Assembly (NCBI GenBank): GCA_030059665.1
Contig: JANVYR010000001.1
Coordinates: 288,001-352,000, forward strand
Length of the DNA: 64,000 nt
Direction: 5' to 3'
From: Candidatus Calditenuis fumarioli
Lineage (GTDB): Archaea; Thermoproteota; Nitrososphaeria_A; Caldarchaeales; Calditenuaceae
The translations under genes and the position numbers were made by a program. Shown piece by piece: positions 28,311 to 38,110 of this stretch (its first letter is position 1; each line of letters opens with the position of its first letter). The notes under the pieces are model-generated. The model saw only the letters and a list, made by a program, of their open reading frames with translations, did no database searches and had not been told where the DNA came from.

Positions 28311-29817
28311 CCCATCCCACCCTCTCGTGCTCCGGTATCTCGAAGGTCATCAGGAGCGGAACCGGTGACGGGTTGACCTTCCCCACGATGTAGAAGTGAC
28401 CCTCCGGCAGCCTCAGCAGGCTGTCGCTGGTGACGAAGGAGTTGGCGAAGTACCTCTCGGCCTCCGGCGCGTCGAGCGGGTGGATCCTTCCGATGAAGAG
28501 CGTGTTGAGGTTCCTCCGGACGGCCGCGTTGATCCCTATCTCGCCTGCTATGCCCTGGGAGACCAGCGTCAGGGAGAGCTTGTACGACCTTCCCAGCGCA
28601 GCGAGCTCGATCAGGGTCTTCGTCGTCTTCTCCTCGAGACCCCTGGGCTGCCACGGACAGTACTGCGGTGCCTCGTCGATCAGCAGGGCTATCCTCAGCT
28701 CGTTCTTCTCCTCCATCAGCCGCTTGAGGTACCTGGTCAGGGAGAGGAAGACGGAGAGCTTCTGCTCCTTCGAGCCGTAGGAGAGGTCCATCACCAGCAC
28801 GCCCTTCTCCCTCAACAGCTGTATGATTTCGCTCGGCTTCATCGTTCCCATCAGGGGCTTCAGATCATCGGGCGAGAGCCTCTCGAACGCGCGCATCGCC
28901 TTCCGCTGGTAGATGTAACCCCATCTGCCCAGCTTCCCGGTCGGCTCGAGGTTGTCCTCCTTGATTACGTCGAGGAGGTTGTAGAGCAGCCTCTCTTTCG
29001 TCTCCGTCGCAGTCCTACCGCGCCATTCCGACGTCGAAATCACCTCCTCTAGGTAGCTCACCATGCGCATGCCGGAGTCGCCGCCTCCGAAGTATCCCAG
29101 AGCCTCCGCGAGGTAGGAGACGACGGCGCTGTCGTCGAGCTCCACATCGCCCATGCTGATCACGTTATCGGGGTAGTACGGCGCGTAGTCGCTCCCCTTC
29201 CAGTCCAGCACGAGGACGTCGTACCCGTACTCCCTCAGAAGTGGTATCAGCTGGTACCTGCATAGGAACGACTTGCCCGAACCGGTCACGCCGAAGACGC
29301 CTATGTGGTGTGATAGGTAATCGGCCATCAGCGGTATCGTCCAGCTCTTGTGACCCTTCGCGTAGTACCCGACGGTGAACCTGGACCTGTACAGGAAGTT
29401 CATGGGGTTGAGGCGCTCGTTGAACCGGTAGACAGGAGAGCCGGGTGCAATGATCATCGTGTTCTGCTTGACGGTTCCGTCGGTCACGTCACCTATCACC
29501 ACCAGCCTGAAGCCGAAGTACTCCTTCGAGCTGCTGGGTCCGTGACCCCTCTTGGCGTAGGCGATGCCGGGCGTGTATGCGGAGGTCCTGAGGGCGTCGT
29601 TGTACCCGAACCCTCCCCTGCAGACCGCGAGTATCTTGTTCCCTGCCCTGTTGTCGATCAGCACGAGCGTCTCGTTGGTGACGGTCCCCTCCTTCCCCTC
29701 CTGGAGGACCATGATGGCGCTGTTCTCCGTGGACTGGCTCGCTATCACGCCGATCTGCTCGAGCGACTTAGTCCAGCTGCTCCAGTCGATCCCCTCCTCT
29801 CCACCCATCCGCACCAT
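28300..29817 (-). CDS. HerA-like (DUF87) ATPase with N-terminal HAS-barrel
   Basis: HIGVFGVTGSGKS, LDWKGSDY, LLIDEAPQY, GRSYKLSLTLVSQ. Confidence 0.85.
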   Translation of the reverse strand: MVRMGGEEGIDWSSWTKSLEQIGVIASQSTENSAIMVLQEGKEGTVTNETLVLIDNRAGNKILAVCRGGFGYNDALRTSAYTPGIAYAKRGHGPSSSKEYFGFRLVVIGDVTDGTVKQNTMIIAPGSPVYRFNERLNPMNFLYRSRFTVGYYAKGHKSWTIPLMADYLSHHIGVFGVTGSGKSFLCRYQLIPLLREYGYDVLVLDWKGSDYAPYYPDNVISMGDVELDDSAVVSYLAEALGYFGGGDSGMRMVSYLEEVISTSEWRGRTATETKERLLYNLLDVIKEDNLEPTGKLGRWGYIYQRKAMRAFERLSPDDLKPLMGTMKPSEIIQLLREKGVLVMDLSYGSKEQKLSVFLSLTRYLKRLMEEKNELRIALLIDEAPQYCPWQPRGLEEKTTKTLIELAALGRSYKLSLTLVSQGIAGEIGINAAVRRNLNTLFIGRIHPLDAPEAERYFANSFVTSDSLLRLPEGHFYIVGKVNPSPVPLLMTFEIPEHERVGWGGG

Positions 29818-29907
29818 GAGGCCTATCCCGAATGATATAAGCTCCGATGCGCACGAACCCGGGTCACGGAAAGGCTATTGAGATGTTGAGGGAAGTTGGA
29901 TATTGGA

Positions 29908-31035
29908 GTGAGGAGGGTCGGTACCGCTCGGCTCTGGCTGGTGGAGGGCCCAGTACCCCACTTCAGGGAGATGGTGGAGCTGGGACGCGAGATCGTGCGG
30001 GCCCTCGTCGAGGTGAGAGGACCTGCGGAGACGGTCAGGCTCTTCTCCGACCCCCACTGGCTCACTGCCCTCTCCTGCGTTCTCGGCTTCGAGTGGGACA
30101 CGAGCGGCCAGACGACGGTCACGCTCAGGGCGATCAAGGAAGGCCTGAAGGGGACCGAGATCCCGGTTAGGGTGCTCGGCGGCAAGGGCGAGGAGATGAG
30201 GTGGGTTCCCTACGAGGTCGAGCGGGAGCTGAGGCACCTGGACGTGGATGACCCCGACGAGATCGCGACCGTCTCGAGGCTCACGTGCAGCGTCGACGAG
30301 TCGGCACTTCAGGACTCCTACCACGTTTACTTCCACGCGGTGGTGGTCTCGGAGGGAGGCGAGTGGTCGGTCGTGAATCAGGGGATGAACGTTAACGACC
30401 TGACAGCGAGGCGCTACCACTGGTCGTCTTCCGTCGGAGCCTCATCGGAGGGGCACTACTCCGCAATCTACTCCGAGCGGACGGAGGAGATCGTGCTGGA
30501 CATGACCAGCCCCGAGTCGAAGGAGACCAGGGAGACGATCTTAGAGGTTTTGAGGGACACGCCGCCGAGCGACATCAGGCAGGACCTGATCAGGGCTAAG
30601 GCGATGCTGAAGGGCCAGAGGACCCTCGACGAGGAGGGGCCGATCCCTGTAGCCCGACCGGCCGAGATACCCGAGCACCTGAGGCCGCCGCACGACCTGG
30701 ACGTCGAGGTGCTGAGGAGGGCGAAGAACGTCGGGTCCTTCGACGAGCTCCTCCTGACGAAGGGGGTCGGTCCTGCTACGATCAGGGGACTTGCGTACGT
30801 CTCGGTCCTCGTTTACGGATCACGGGCCTCCTGGAAGGACCCTGCGAGGTTCGCGTACGCCCACGGCACCAAGAGCGGCAGGCCCTATCCGGTCAACAGG
30901 AGGGCGATGAGGGAGGTGGCCGCGGTGCTGAGGGAGGCGGTGATGGCCTCGAGGCTCGGCGATCCCGAGAAGCTGCAGGCGCTGAGGCGCCTCGCTGCCC
31001 TCCTTCAGGAGTCGGAGGGTTCGGGCTCCAACTGA
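29908..31035 (+). CDS. DUF763 family protein
   Basis: FSDPHWLTALSCVLGFEWDTSGQTT, QQGM-like NQGMN, ARRYHW, KGVGPATIR, FAYAHGTK. Confidence 0.85.
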   Translation: MRRVGTARLWLVEGPVPHFREMVELGREIVRALVEVRGPAETVRLFSDPHWLTALSCVLGFEWDTSGQTTVTLRAIKEGLKGTEIPVRVLGGKGEEMRWVPYEVERELRHLDVDDPDEIATVSRLTCSVDESALQDSYHVYFHAVVVSEGGEWSVVNQGMNVNDLTARRYHWSSSVGASSEGHYSAIYSERTEEIVLDMTSPESKETRETILEVLRDTPPSDIRQDLIRAKAMLKGQRTLDEEGPIPVARPAEIPEHLRPPHDLDVEVLRRAKNVGSFDELLLTKGVGPATIRGLAYVSVLVYGSRASWKDPARFAYAHGTKSGRPYPVNRRAMREVAAVLREAVMASRLGDPEKLQALRRLAALLQESEGSGSN

Positions 31036-31118
31036 CGGGAACGTCAGCTCTGCGCGGACCAGACGTCTTGCTGTTGAGTGGGACGATCGCTTACTCCGGA
31101 TACCGGATCTGAGGCACC

Positions 31119-31125
31119 TATAAAA
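31119..31125 (+). promoter_or_regulatory. TATA box of the fixABC(X) operon
   Basis: TATAAAA upstream of the GGAGG SD and ATG 31166. Confidence 0.5.
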
Positions 31126-31165
31126 CATCCCGCTAATCCAATGTCGATCGAGGCGAGGGAGGTTC

Positions 31166-32368
31166 ATGCTGGTCTTCCTGTTGACGAAGGCGGTGCCAGC
31201 GAGGACCACGAGGGTCGTGACCGTGGGCGGGGTTCTTCGGAGGGAGGAGATGGATCTCGTAATCAACCCGCTCGACTTCAAGGCCCTCCAGGCGGCGGAC
31301 TATGCGAAGAGGTACAACGGTGGCAAGCTCATCGCGGTCAGCATGGGCCCGGACTTCAAGGTCAAACCGCTCCTCTCGGAGCTGTACTCCCACCCGATCG
31401 AGGGGGTTGACGAGGCGATCGTTCTGAGCGACCGGAGGATGGCGGGTGCGGACACCTGGGCCACAGCTTACACTCTCTCGCTGGGGGTGAAGAAGGCGCT
31501 CGACCTGAACAGGGGAGCGGTGGAGGAGGTCTTAGAGCTGGTCGAGTCTGGCGCATCGGGCGAGAAGGTCCTGGAGAGAGCGCGGGAGCTCTATCACGCT
31601 AATCTCCTCCCCAACCTGGTCTACACCGAGAAGCCCGGTCTTCCGGAGGGAGTGGTCCAGCGGTACGCGAAGGGGAGGGCCACGGTCGAGGAGGTCAGGG
31701 AAGCGCTGCTGAAGGTGAGGACCGAGCTGGAGAGGTTCCTGATTGTGGCCGGCCTGAAGACCTCGGACGGCGAGACAGGCAGCACCGGACCCCAGACCGC
31801 GGAGGCCCTCTCCGACGCCCTCGGAAGGAAGATCCCGGACATAACCCACGTTGTGGACTTCGAGGTCGACGCTGAATCGGGGACTCTTGTCGCGGTGAGG
31901 AAGACCGGATCGTACCTCCAGAGGCTCAGGTCCCCGCTGCCCTGCGTCATCACGATCATGCCGGATTACAGGGCCGGGGTGACACCTGTCCTGAGGCGAA
32001 AGAGGGCCGCGCTCTACTCGTACAGGGGAAAGGTGAGGGAGGTGAGGGTCTGGAACGCCGATGACATAGGCGCCGACCCGTCGAAGATAGGGCTCGCGGG
32101 GTCGCCGACCATCGTGGGCCCTGGCATCGACATAGGAGGGCCGCCCGTGCAGAAGTTCGTCGGCAGAACGAGGGTCTTCACGCAGAGGGTCGAGGCCTTC
32201 GAGTTCAACGGCAAAACCTACGGGCCCTTCGAGCGGTTCGCGAAGGCTGACGACCTGCCGGAGGAGCTGGTCCGCGAGCTGGAGGCAAAGGGTCTGGTCA
32301 AACGGTTCGATCTCCGGGACCTCCTGGAGGAGGTGTTCGGAGGTGTCCTCGTCGCAGCAAAGCATTGA
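31166..32368 (+). CDS. fixA: Electron transfer flavoprotein beta subunit (FixA-like)
   Basis: INPLD, AVSMGP, SDRRMAGADTWATAYTL, KTSDGETG, GSPTIV. Confidence 0.88.
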   Translation: MLVFLLTKAVPARTTRVVTVGGVLRREEMDLVINPLDFKALQAADYAKRYNGGKLIAVSMGPDFKVKPLLSELYSHPIEGVDEAIVLSDRRMAGADTWATAYTLSLGVKKALDLNRGAVEEVLELVESGASGEKVLERARELYHANLLPNLVYTEKPGLPEGVVQRYAKGRATVEEVREALLKVRTELERFLIVAGLKTSDGETGSTGPQTAEALSDALGRKIPDITHVVDFEVDAESGTLVAVRKTGSYLQRLRSPLPCVITIMPDYRAGVTPVLRRKRAALYSYRGKVREVRVWNADDIGADPSKIGLAGSPTIVGPGIDIGGPPVQKFVGRTRVFTQRVEAFEFNGKTYGPFERFAKADDLPEELVRELEAKGLVKRFDLRDLLEEVFGGVLVAAKH

Positions 32369-33461
32369 GGTCAGGATCGAGGGCTACAGGGACGTCTGGG
32401 TGTACTGCGAGCACGAGGACGGGAAGCTGACGAGGCCCACGACCGAGGTCATAGCTGGAGCCAGGAAGGTGGCCGACAAGGTGGGGATGGACGTCGTCGG
32501 CGTCCTCATCGGGTACAACCTCGGCGACCTGGTGAGAGAACCGATCTACTACGGAGCCGACAAGGTGATCTACTGCGACGACCCGAGGCTGAAGGACTAC
32601 CAGGTGCTGCCCTACACAACCGTCCTATCGGACATGGTGATGCAGCTGAAGCCGTGGGCGCTCCTCTTCGTCACCAGCGAGATCGGCAAGGACCTCGGCC
32701 CGAGGGTCGCATACAGGACGAGGACCGGGCTGGCGGCGGACGTGATCGACCTCGTAGTTGAGGACTTCGTGATGAACCTCCCAACCGGAAGGTACGTGTA
32801 CAAGGACTGCATCGCGCAGGTCAGACCAGACTTCGCCACGAGGATAGCCAAGATCTTCACGCCGAAGCACAGGCCCCAGATCAGCAGCGTGAGACCCGGG
32901 AACTTCACGCCGTTGCCGAGGGACGAGTCGAGGAGGGGAGAGATCGTGAGGTGGGAGCCGAGGTTCGATGAGGACGACTTCCAGGTCGAGGTCCTCGAGA
33001 CCGTGAGGGTTCCCAAGAGCGAGGTCAAGCTGGAGGAGGCCAAGGTGGTGATCAGTCTGGGGCTCGGTGTGCTCAGGGACGCCTCGGGCAGGCCGAGGAA
33101 CCCGAGGGAGGCCTACGAGCTCGCGAAACAGTTGGCCGACCTGATCAGGGAGAAGTTCGGCGTCGAGACCGAGATTGGCGCCAGCAGGGCCCTCATATAC
33201 GCTGAGTTGAAGGAGCTCGAGGGCCTGATAACCAAGGACCGTCAGGTGGGACAGACCGGCAAGACGATAGCTCCGGACGTCTACATCGCGCTCGGCATCA
33301 GCGGCGCCCTCCAGCACAGGGTCGGGATGCAGAGGTCGAAGAAGATCATCGCGGTCAACGTAGACCCGAACGCCCCCATCTTCCAGATAGCGCACTACGG
33401 CTACGTCGGGGACCTCTACGAGTTCCTGCCCAAGGCGATCGAGATCCTGAGGTCGATGTGA
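32343..33461 (+). CDS. fixB: Electron transfer flavoprotein alpha subunit (FixB-like)
   Basis: QVGQTGKTIAPDVYIALGISGALQHRVGM, VNVDPNAPIF. Confidence 0.92.
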   Translation: MSSSQQSIEVRIEGYRDVWVYCEHEDGKLTRPTTEVIAGARKVADKVGMDVVGVLIGYNLGDLVREPIYYGADKVIYCDDPRLKDYQVLPYTTVLSDMVMQLKPWALLFVTSEIGKDLGPRVAYRTRTGLAADVIDLVVEDFVMNLPTGRYVYKDCIAQVRPDFATRIAKIFTPKHRPQISSVRPGNFTPLPRDESRRGEIVRWEPRFDEDDFQVEVLETVRVPKSEVKLEEAKVVISLGLGVLRDASGRPRNPREAYELAKQLADLIREKFGVETEIGASRALIYAELKELEGLITKDRQVGQTGKTIAPDVYIALGISGALQHRVGMQRSKKIIAVNVDPNAPIFQIAHYGYVGDLYEFLPKAIEILRSM

Positions 33462-33462
33462 G

Positions 33463-35157
33463 ATGGGCTACGACTTCGACGCGGTAGTGGTGGGAGCTGG
33501 GCCCGCGGGATCCGCCGCCGCGATGAAGATGGTTCGGAGGGGGCTTCAGGTCGCCCTCATCGAGAAGGGCCTCGTTCCCGGGAGCAAGAACGTCTCCGGT
33601 GGCGTGCTCTACCTCGATTACATACCCGGTTACAGCGTGGAGGACGTCTTCCCCAACTTCGAGAAGGAGGCGCCCCTCGAGCGGAGGATAGTGGAGCACG
33701 AGGTCTACTTCGTCTCGGAGCCGGTGAGGAGGAACGGCGAGGCCGAATACAGGTTCAGGAGGATCGGTGAGAGGTCCCTGCTCACCTCGCTCGGCCTCAC
33801 AGGCCTCACCGAGACCGGAGGGAGGGCGTACTCAGTTCTCAGGGCGAGGCTAGACAGGTGGATGGCAGAACGCGTTGCCGAGGAGGGTGGGGTGCTGAAT
33901 ACCTGCACTTCGGTCGAGGAGCTGCTCTTCGAGGACGGTCGCGTGGTCGGCGTCAGGACGAACCGGGAGGAGGTGAGGGCGAAGGTCGTGATAGACGCCT
34001 CCGGCGTGACGTCGAACCTGGTTGTCCAGGCGGGCCTGAGGTCCAAGCTCGAGCCGGAGCAGGTCTACCACGGCGTCAAGCACGTCTTCAAGCTGAAGGA
34101 GGAGGAGATCGAGCGGAGGTTCGGGGTCGGGAAGGGCGAGGGCAAGGCGATCTACTACGTCGGTCCCTTCATGAAGGGCGTTGAGGGCGGCGCCTTCATC
34201 TACACCAACCGCGACACGCTGAGCGTCGGCATCGTCATCTCCCTCAGCTCCTTCCTCAAGAGGGCAGCCGAGGATCCGATCAACGTGGGCAAACCGGTCG
34301 ACCTCCTCGAGGAGTTCGAGGCCCACCCGGCCGTATCGGGGTTGCTCGAGGGTGCGGAGCTGGTCGAGTACTCCGCGCACAACATACCGAAGGGTTACAG
34401 GACGATGCTGGAACGCCCGTACAGGCCCGGCTTCCTCGTTGCGGGTGACGCTCTGGGAGCCTTCGTCAAGATCGGTGCCCTCATCGACGGGATGCGGAGG
34501 GCCATAGCTACCGGGATCATGGCCGCCGAGACGGCAATAAGAGCGATCGAGTCCAACAGGTTCGACGAGGCCACCTTCTCGGTTTACAGGGAGCTGCTGA
34601 GGCCGATCTACCGCGACGTCTCGAGGTCAGGGAGGAGCGCTGCGCTGAGCGAGGGCAGCATAGGTTACCGGCTCGCGCCGAAGCTGATGCTGATGGGTTC
34701 GAGCGTCGGGAAGGGACCGGCGAAGGCCGATGAGCAGAACCGATCGGATGCGCTGAAGAAGATCCAGTCGCTGACGGCTCTGCTGCAATACGACGAGGAC
34801 CACCATTACAGCCACATCAAGGTCGACACCGAGAGGGCCTCGAGCGCTCCCCTGAAGCTCTGGGTCCCGGCATGCCCCGTCAACTGCTACACCATCCTGC
34901 TCGAGAAGGGCGTCTTCGCATCCTTCAGGGACCTGTACCTGTTCAACCTCGAGCGGCTGAGGGCCAACGGGGTCCCGGAGGAAGAGGCCATGAGGAGGGC
35001 TCTCAAGGAGACGGTCGACGACATCAGGAGGGCGAGGCTAAGGTTCGACTACGTGGCGTGCGTCGCCTGCGGAACGTGTGGGGTGATAGGCCCACCAGGC
35101 ACGGTTGACTTCGGCCACGAGAGGGACGGACACGGCGTGATCTTCAGGTACGGCTGA
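33463..35157 (+). CDS. fixC: FixC-like ETF-quinone oxidoreductase fused to a FixX-type ferredoxin
   Basis: GAGPAG, GSKNVSGG, VAGDA; C-terminal CPVNCY...DYVACVACGTC. Confidence 0.9.
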   Translation: MGYDFDAVVVGAGPAGSAAAMKMVRRGLQVALIEKGLVPGSKNVSGGVLYLDYIPGYSVEDVFPNFEKEAPLERRIVEHEVYFVSEPVRRNGEAEYRFRRIGERSLLTSLGLTGLTETGGRAYSVLRARLDRWMAERVAEEGGVLNTCTSVEELLFEDGRVVGVRTNREEVRAKVVIDASGVTSNLVVQAGLRSKLEPEQVYHGVKHVFKLKEEEIERRFGVGKGEGKAIYYVGPFMKGVEGGAFIYTNRDTLSVGIVISLSSFLKRAAEDPINVGKPVDLLEEFEAHPAVSGLLEGAELVEYSAHNIPKGYRTMLERPYRPGFLVAGDALGAFVKIGALIDGMRRAIATGIMAAETAIRAIESNRFDEATFSVYRELLRPIYRDVSRSGRSAALSEGSIGYRLAPKLMLMGSSVGKGPAKADEQNRSDALKKIQSLTALLQYDEDHHYSHIKVDTERASSAPLKLWVPACPVNCYTILLEKGVFASFRDLYLFNLERLRANGVPEEEAMRRALKETVDDIRRARLRFDYVACVACGTCGVIGPPGTVDFGHERDGHGVIFRYG

Positions 35158-35173
35158 GGCTGGGGAAGGCAGA

Positions 35174-35866
35174 TCACCTCCTCAGGACAGCCCTCTCTAG
35201 CGCGCAGAGGGCCCTCGATACCGCCACCCAGGCATCTAGCCTCTGGTCGTGGAGCTTCACCCTGACGTCGGCGGCGCTCATCACCTCCTCGCTGAAGTCT
35301 CCGTGGGGGAAGCAACCGACCACCAGTATCACTCCGCCGTCTCCCATCAACTCCGCCAGCCTCTCTTCCCTCAGCTCCTCGCCCGACTCGTGAAGGAGCA
35401 CCACCGGATTCCTCCCCAGCGCCTCAAGGACCTCCCGGAAGCTCCTCCGCTCCACCTCGAGCAGGACCTTCCCCTCCTCGGTCACGACCCTGCCGTCCCT
35501 GAAGAGGGCCTCCATCAGCCCCTTGAACCGGTCGTAGACCCGCGGCAACCGGGTCGAGGGGTCTATCCTGATCCAGTAGCCCGAGATCGTGTGGACGTGG
35601 ACCGACATCAGGCCTGCGAGGTTCAGCGGAGACCCGAGGGCCTCGAGCAGTGTGACGTGGACTATGTCCGGCCTGCCCCTCTTCTCCGCATTAGAGAGCT
35701 TCCTCATCGCCCTGTGGTGGTACGAAGAGTCGAGGAGCGTCCACCTCGGAGACTTCCCCCGCCTGCGGCAGTAGGCCCTGACGTCGGGCTCCGACCAGAG
35801 CTCCGGAGGTATCAGCTCGAGCGACGCCTCCGCCAGCAGGAGCTTGACCGGTGGAACGGCAGCCAC
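35174..35866 (-). CDS. nep1: rRNA small subunit pseudouridine methyltransferase Nep1
   Basis: LLDSSYH, GRPDIVHVTLL, RLPRVYDRFKGL, VGCFPHGDF. Confidence 0.92.
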   Translation of the reverse strand: MAAVPPVKLLLAEASLELIPPELWSEPDVRAYCRRRGKSPRWTLLDSSYHHRAMRKLSNAEKRGRPDIVHVTLLEALGSPLNLAGLMSVHVHTISGYWIRIDPSTRLPRVYDRFKGLMEALFRDGRVVTEEGKVLLEVERRSFREVLEALGRNPVVLLHESGEELREERLAELMGDGGVILVVGCFPHGDFSEEVMSAADVRVKLHDQRLDAWVAVSRALCALERAVLRR

Positions 35867-36007
35867 CCCACGTTTCAGAGAGTTCAGGCACCGCTAAAAC
35901 GGAACCGCCGTGAGCTTGCACGTCCAGCTCAGCACGTCAAAAACCTCTCATCGGAACCCTTTGGCCCTCAAACCCACGGGTAAAAAGGCGCTGATGAAGG
36001 TGATCTT

Positions 36008-36109
36008 GACGGGAAGGTTCTGGCCCTGATCGAGCTGCCGATCGCGGGGCTGATGTCGGAGGAACCGGTGGAGGTGAACAGTCTCTTCGAGTATCTAGAG
36101 ATGACGTAG
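36008..36109 (+). pseudogene. Adenine deaminase C-terminal fragment
   Basis: DGKVLALIELPIAGLMSEEP matches the adenine deaminase C-terminal LPIAGLMS motif; the rest of the gene is absent. Confidence 0.6.
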
Positions 36110-36139
36110 CGTGTGTTCTTGTAAAGGGGAGGGTAGTCT

Positions 36140-36356
36140 ATGGCTCGCTCTAGGAGACCTTACGTAATCCTGAACACGGCCATGACGTTGGATGGCAAGA
36201 TAGCAACTAGGACGGGCGACTCGGAGATCTCTTGTATGGACGATAAAATCGAATTGCATAAGTTAAGGGCCTCGACTGACGCCGTAATGGTCGGGATAAA
36301 CACGGTCTTGGTTGATAACCCTCGCCTCTCGGTCAGGTATGTCGAGGGTAACCCAA
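36140..36356 (+). pseudogene. Truncated RibD-C/DHFR-like pyrimidine reductase
   Basis: RPYVILNTAMTLDGKIAT and LRASTDAVMVGINTVLVDNPRL; breaks off after about 72 codons. Confidence 0.8.
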
Positions 36357-36612
36357 CACGGTCTCGGTTTACGACGTCACAGGTACGGTTGACAGCATCG
36401 TCATCTCCAAGTTCAAGAACAGGCAGGAGGTGAGCAACTTCACCAAGAGGCTCCTGAGCATCCCGTACGTCGAGCGGACCAACACCCACGTCGTCCTGAC
36501 GGTCGTGAAGGAGGACCCGAGGGGGCCGCTGCTGAAGGAGCTGGGGAGGGCCCTGCCGGGAAGGGAGAGGATGCCGGAGGAGCCGAGGGAGGAGGTGGGA
36601 GGTTACGGGTAA
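36352..36612 (+). pseudogene. Lrp/AsnC regulator, C-terminal domain only (HTH lost)
   Basis: PNTVSVYDVTGTVDSIVISKFKNRQEVSNFTKRLLSIPYVERTNTHVVL, preceded by an in-frame stop at 36349-36351. Confidence 0.75.
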
Positions 36613-36830
36613 GGAAGCCTAGATGGATGAAGGTAGAGATAGTCCAAAGGCATCCATTACAACCTATTCCCGAACGCGGCGTGAACCTGAGACGAAGGAG
36701 CGCCAGCAGGAGAAGAAAAGGGTGTAGAACTTGAGGAATTAGGTCATATGGCAACTCAAGAAAGGAAGAAAAGGGAGGGGTTGGATCGTTTGTTTCGTCA
36801 GCTTCTGGCGTCCTCGGTCGTTTGGGGCCC

Positions 36831-36937
36831 GGGCCGGGGTTAAAATTGAGTGGGTTACGCCTCGCCGCCTCGCGGCGGGGGCGGTTTTACCCGTGAAGTA
36901 CCCGAACCCGGGTCTCCCCCGCCGAGGCGCCCGGCCC
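36831..36937 (-). ncRNA. Structured non-coding end downstream of the IS110-like gene (bridge-RNA-like candidate)
   Basis: Nested perfect stems (plus-strand coordinates): GGGCCGGG 36831-38 with CCCGGCCC 36930-37, CGCCTCG 36858-64 with CGAGGCG 36923-29, GCGGGGG 36875-81 with CCCCCGC 36916-22. Strand inferred from the gene. Confidence 0.4.
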
Positions 36938-37800
36938 TAGCCCTGTCGCTGAGGAGCTGGTATGCCCTCGGACCTCTCGTGGGTCTCCTGCCTAAATCTG
37001 AACATCAGCCATATCCTGAACGCTGTCGCCTCTTCGTCCCGCTGTGTCGGTTTATCGTTTATCAGCGCCATCGTCAATCTGTTCAATGCCTTTCTCGCCA
37101 CGTGGCTGAACTTCTTGTTCTTTTTCGACTTCCTGCTTTTTCTGAACAGTCCCAAATATGCCCGAACTTTCGCGAAAGGCTTCCTGAAGTCAACGTATGT
37201 CAGCAACTCAGCCAATGCTTCCCTTGCCATCAAATGGCCTTCGCCTGAAATCCCCAACTCCTCAGCAATGTAATCGAAATACGGATACCTTCTCCGAGCC
37301 TCCTCTACGATAACCTCGGCTAACATCCCCTTCTCCATCTGCGCCTGCCTCACCAGTCTTCTAAGACTCTCTTGTGCCACCGGAGATGCCGCCTTAAGCT
37401 GGTTCTCCAGCTGCTGCTTCGTCCTTTCGATCGACCTGTAGGTCGAGATCAACCTCCGCATCTCTAGGAAATTTTCGTCTACCCTTCGGTACCATTTGCA
37501 CTCAATGGTCATCATCGCTTTGATGTCGCTCTTCGTGGACTTAGGCAATCCCATCCTCTCTCTCATCTGCTTGACCAGACGCAATCGCCGAAGATAGTAG
37601 ACCTCCACTCCCTTCCTCAGTAATTGTATGAAGGAGTCCGTAAGCATCACCGGTATCGTATCGACATATACCCGATCGCCAGGTCCTGCTGGGATTTCCG
37701 CCGGATCATCGATATGTTTGAAGCTCTTGCCGTCAGTTGTATAGGTTATCCTAAATCCGCTTTCATCCTTCTTCCTGTGTACGTCGCAATAGAACCTCAT
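36937..37800 (-). CDS. IS110-family-like recombinase/transposase (divergent)
   Basis: N-terminal acidic RuvC-like pattern (FYCDVH, VYVDT, GVEVYYL, KSTKSDIKAM), central coiled coil, HhH-like ELGISG, and KVRAYLGLFRKS resembling the IS110 AYxGLxP...S motif. Confidence 0.55.
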   Translation of the reverse strand: MRFYCDVHRKKDESGFRITYTTDGKSFKHIDDPAEIPAGPGDRVYVDTIPVMLTDSFIQLLRKGVEVYYLRRLRLVKQMRERMGLPKSTKSDIKAMMTIECKWYRRVDENFLEMRRLISTYRSIERTKQQLENQLKAASPVAQESLRRLVRQAQMEKGMLAEVIVEEARRRYPYFDYIAEELGISGEGHLMAREALAELLTYVDFRKPFAKVRAYLGLFRKSRKSKKNKKFSHVARKALNRLTMALINDKPTQRDEEATAFRIWLMFRFRQETHERSEGIPAPQRQG

Positions 37801-38099
37801 CTCACATCACCGTATTTCAGCAACGTAAACAGGAGCACCAATACCAGCATCACCTGTAGTAGCGTCAGAAGAACCATTGCTGGCGTTAGCGGTAGCCTCG
37901 TCGAGACTACGGCCACCATTAGCGCCATAGCTATCGTCCTTTTCTTCCAGAGCGACCAGGGCCATCGAGGCCTCCTCTCCCCCCTGACCTCGAGGATCTC
38001 CAGGACCCTCGGGGCGGGATACTTCCCAACCCCGAGGACCCTTGGAGGTGGGAGGGATAGGGGAGATACCTCGATGACCCTCGGTTCGTTGTCGGTCAT
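37797..38099 (-). CDS. Hypothetical membrane protein
   Basis: Two C-terminal hydrophobic segments; ATGA overlap with the IS110-like gene. Confidence 0.5.
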   Translation of the reverse strand: MTDNEPRVIEVSPLSLPPPRVLGVGKYPAPRVLEILEVRGERRPRWPWSLWKKRTIAMALMVAVVSTRLPLTPAMVLLTLLQVMLVLVLLFTLLKYGDVR

Positions 38100-38110
38100 C
38101 GCCGATCACC

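Noticed and set aside
31166-35157. FixC-FixX fusion and long ETF-beta insertion as a novelty
   Set aside because: Variants of a well-known fixABCX module; not distinctive enough without comparison.
35880-35990. Possible C/D box sRNA on the minus strand (GATGAGA...CTGA)
   Set aside because: C box is degenerate and there is no properly spaced C'/D pair.
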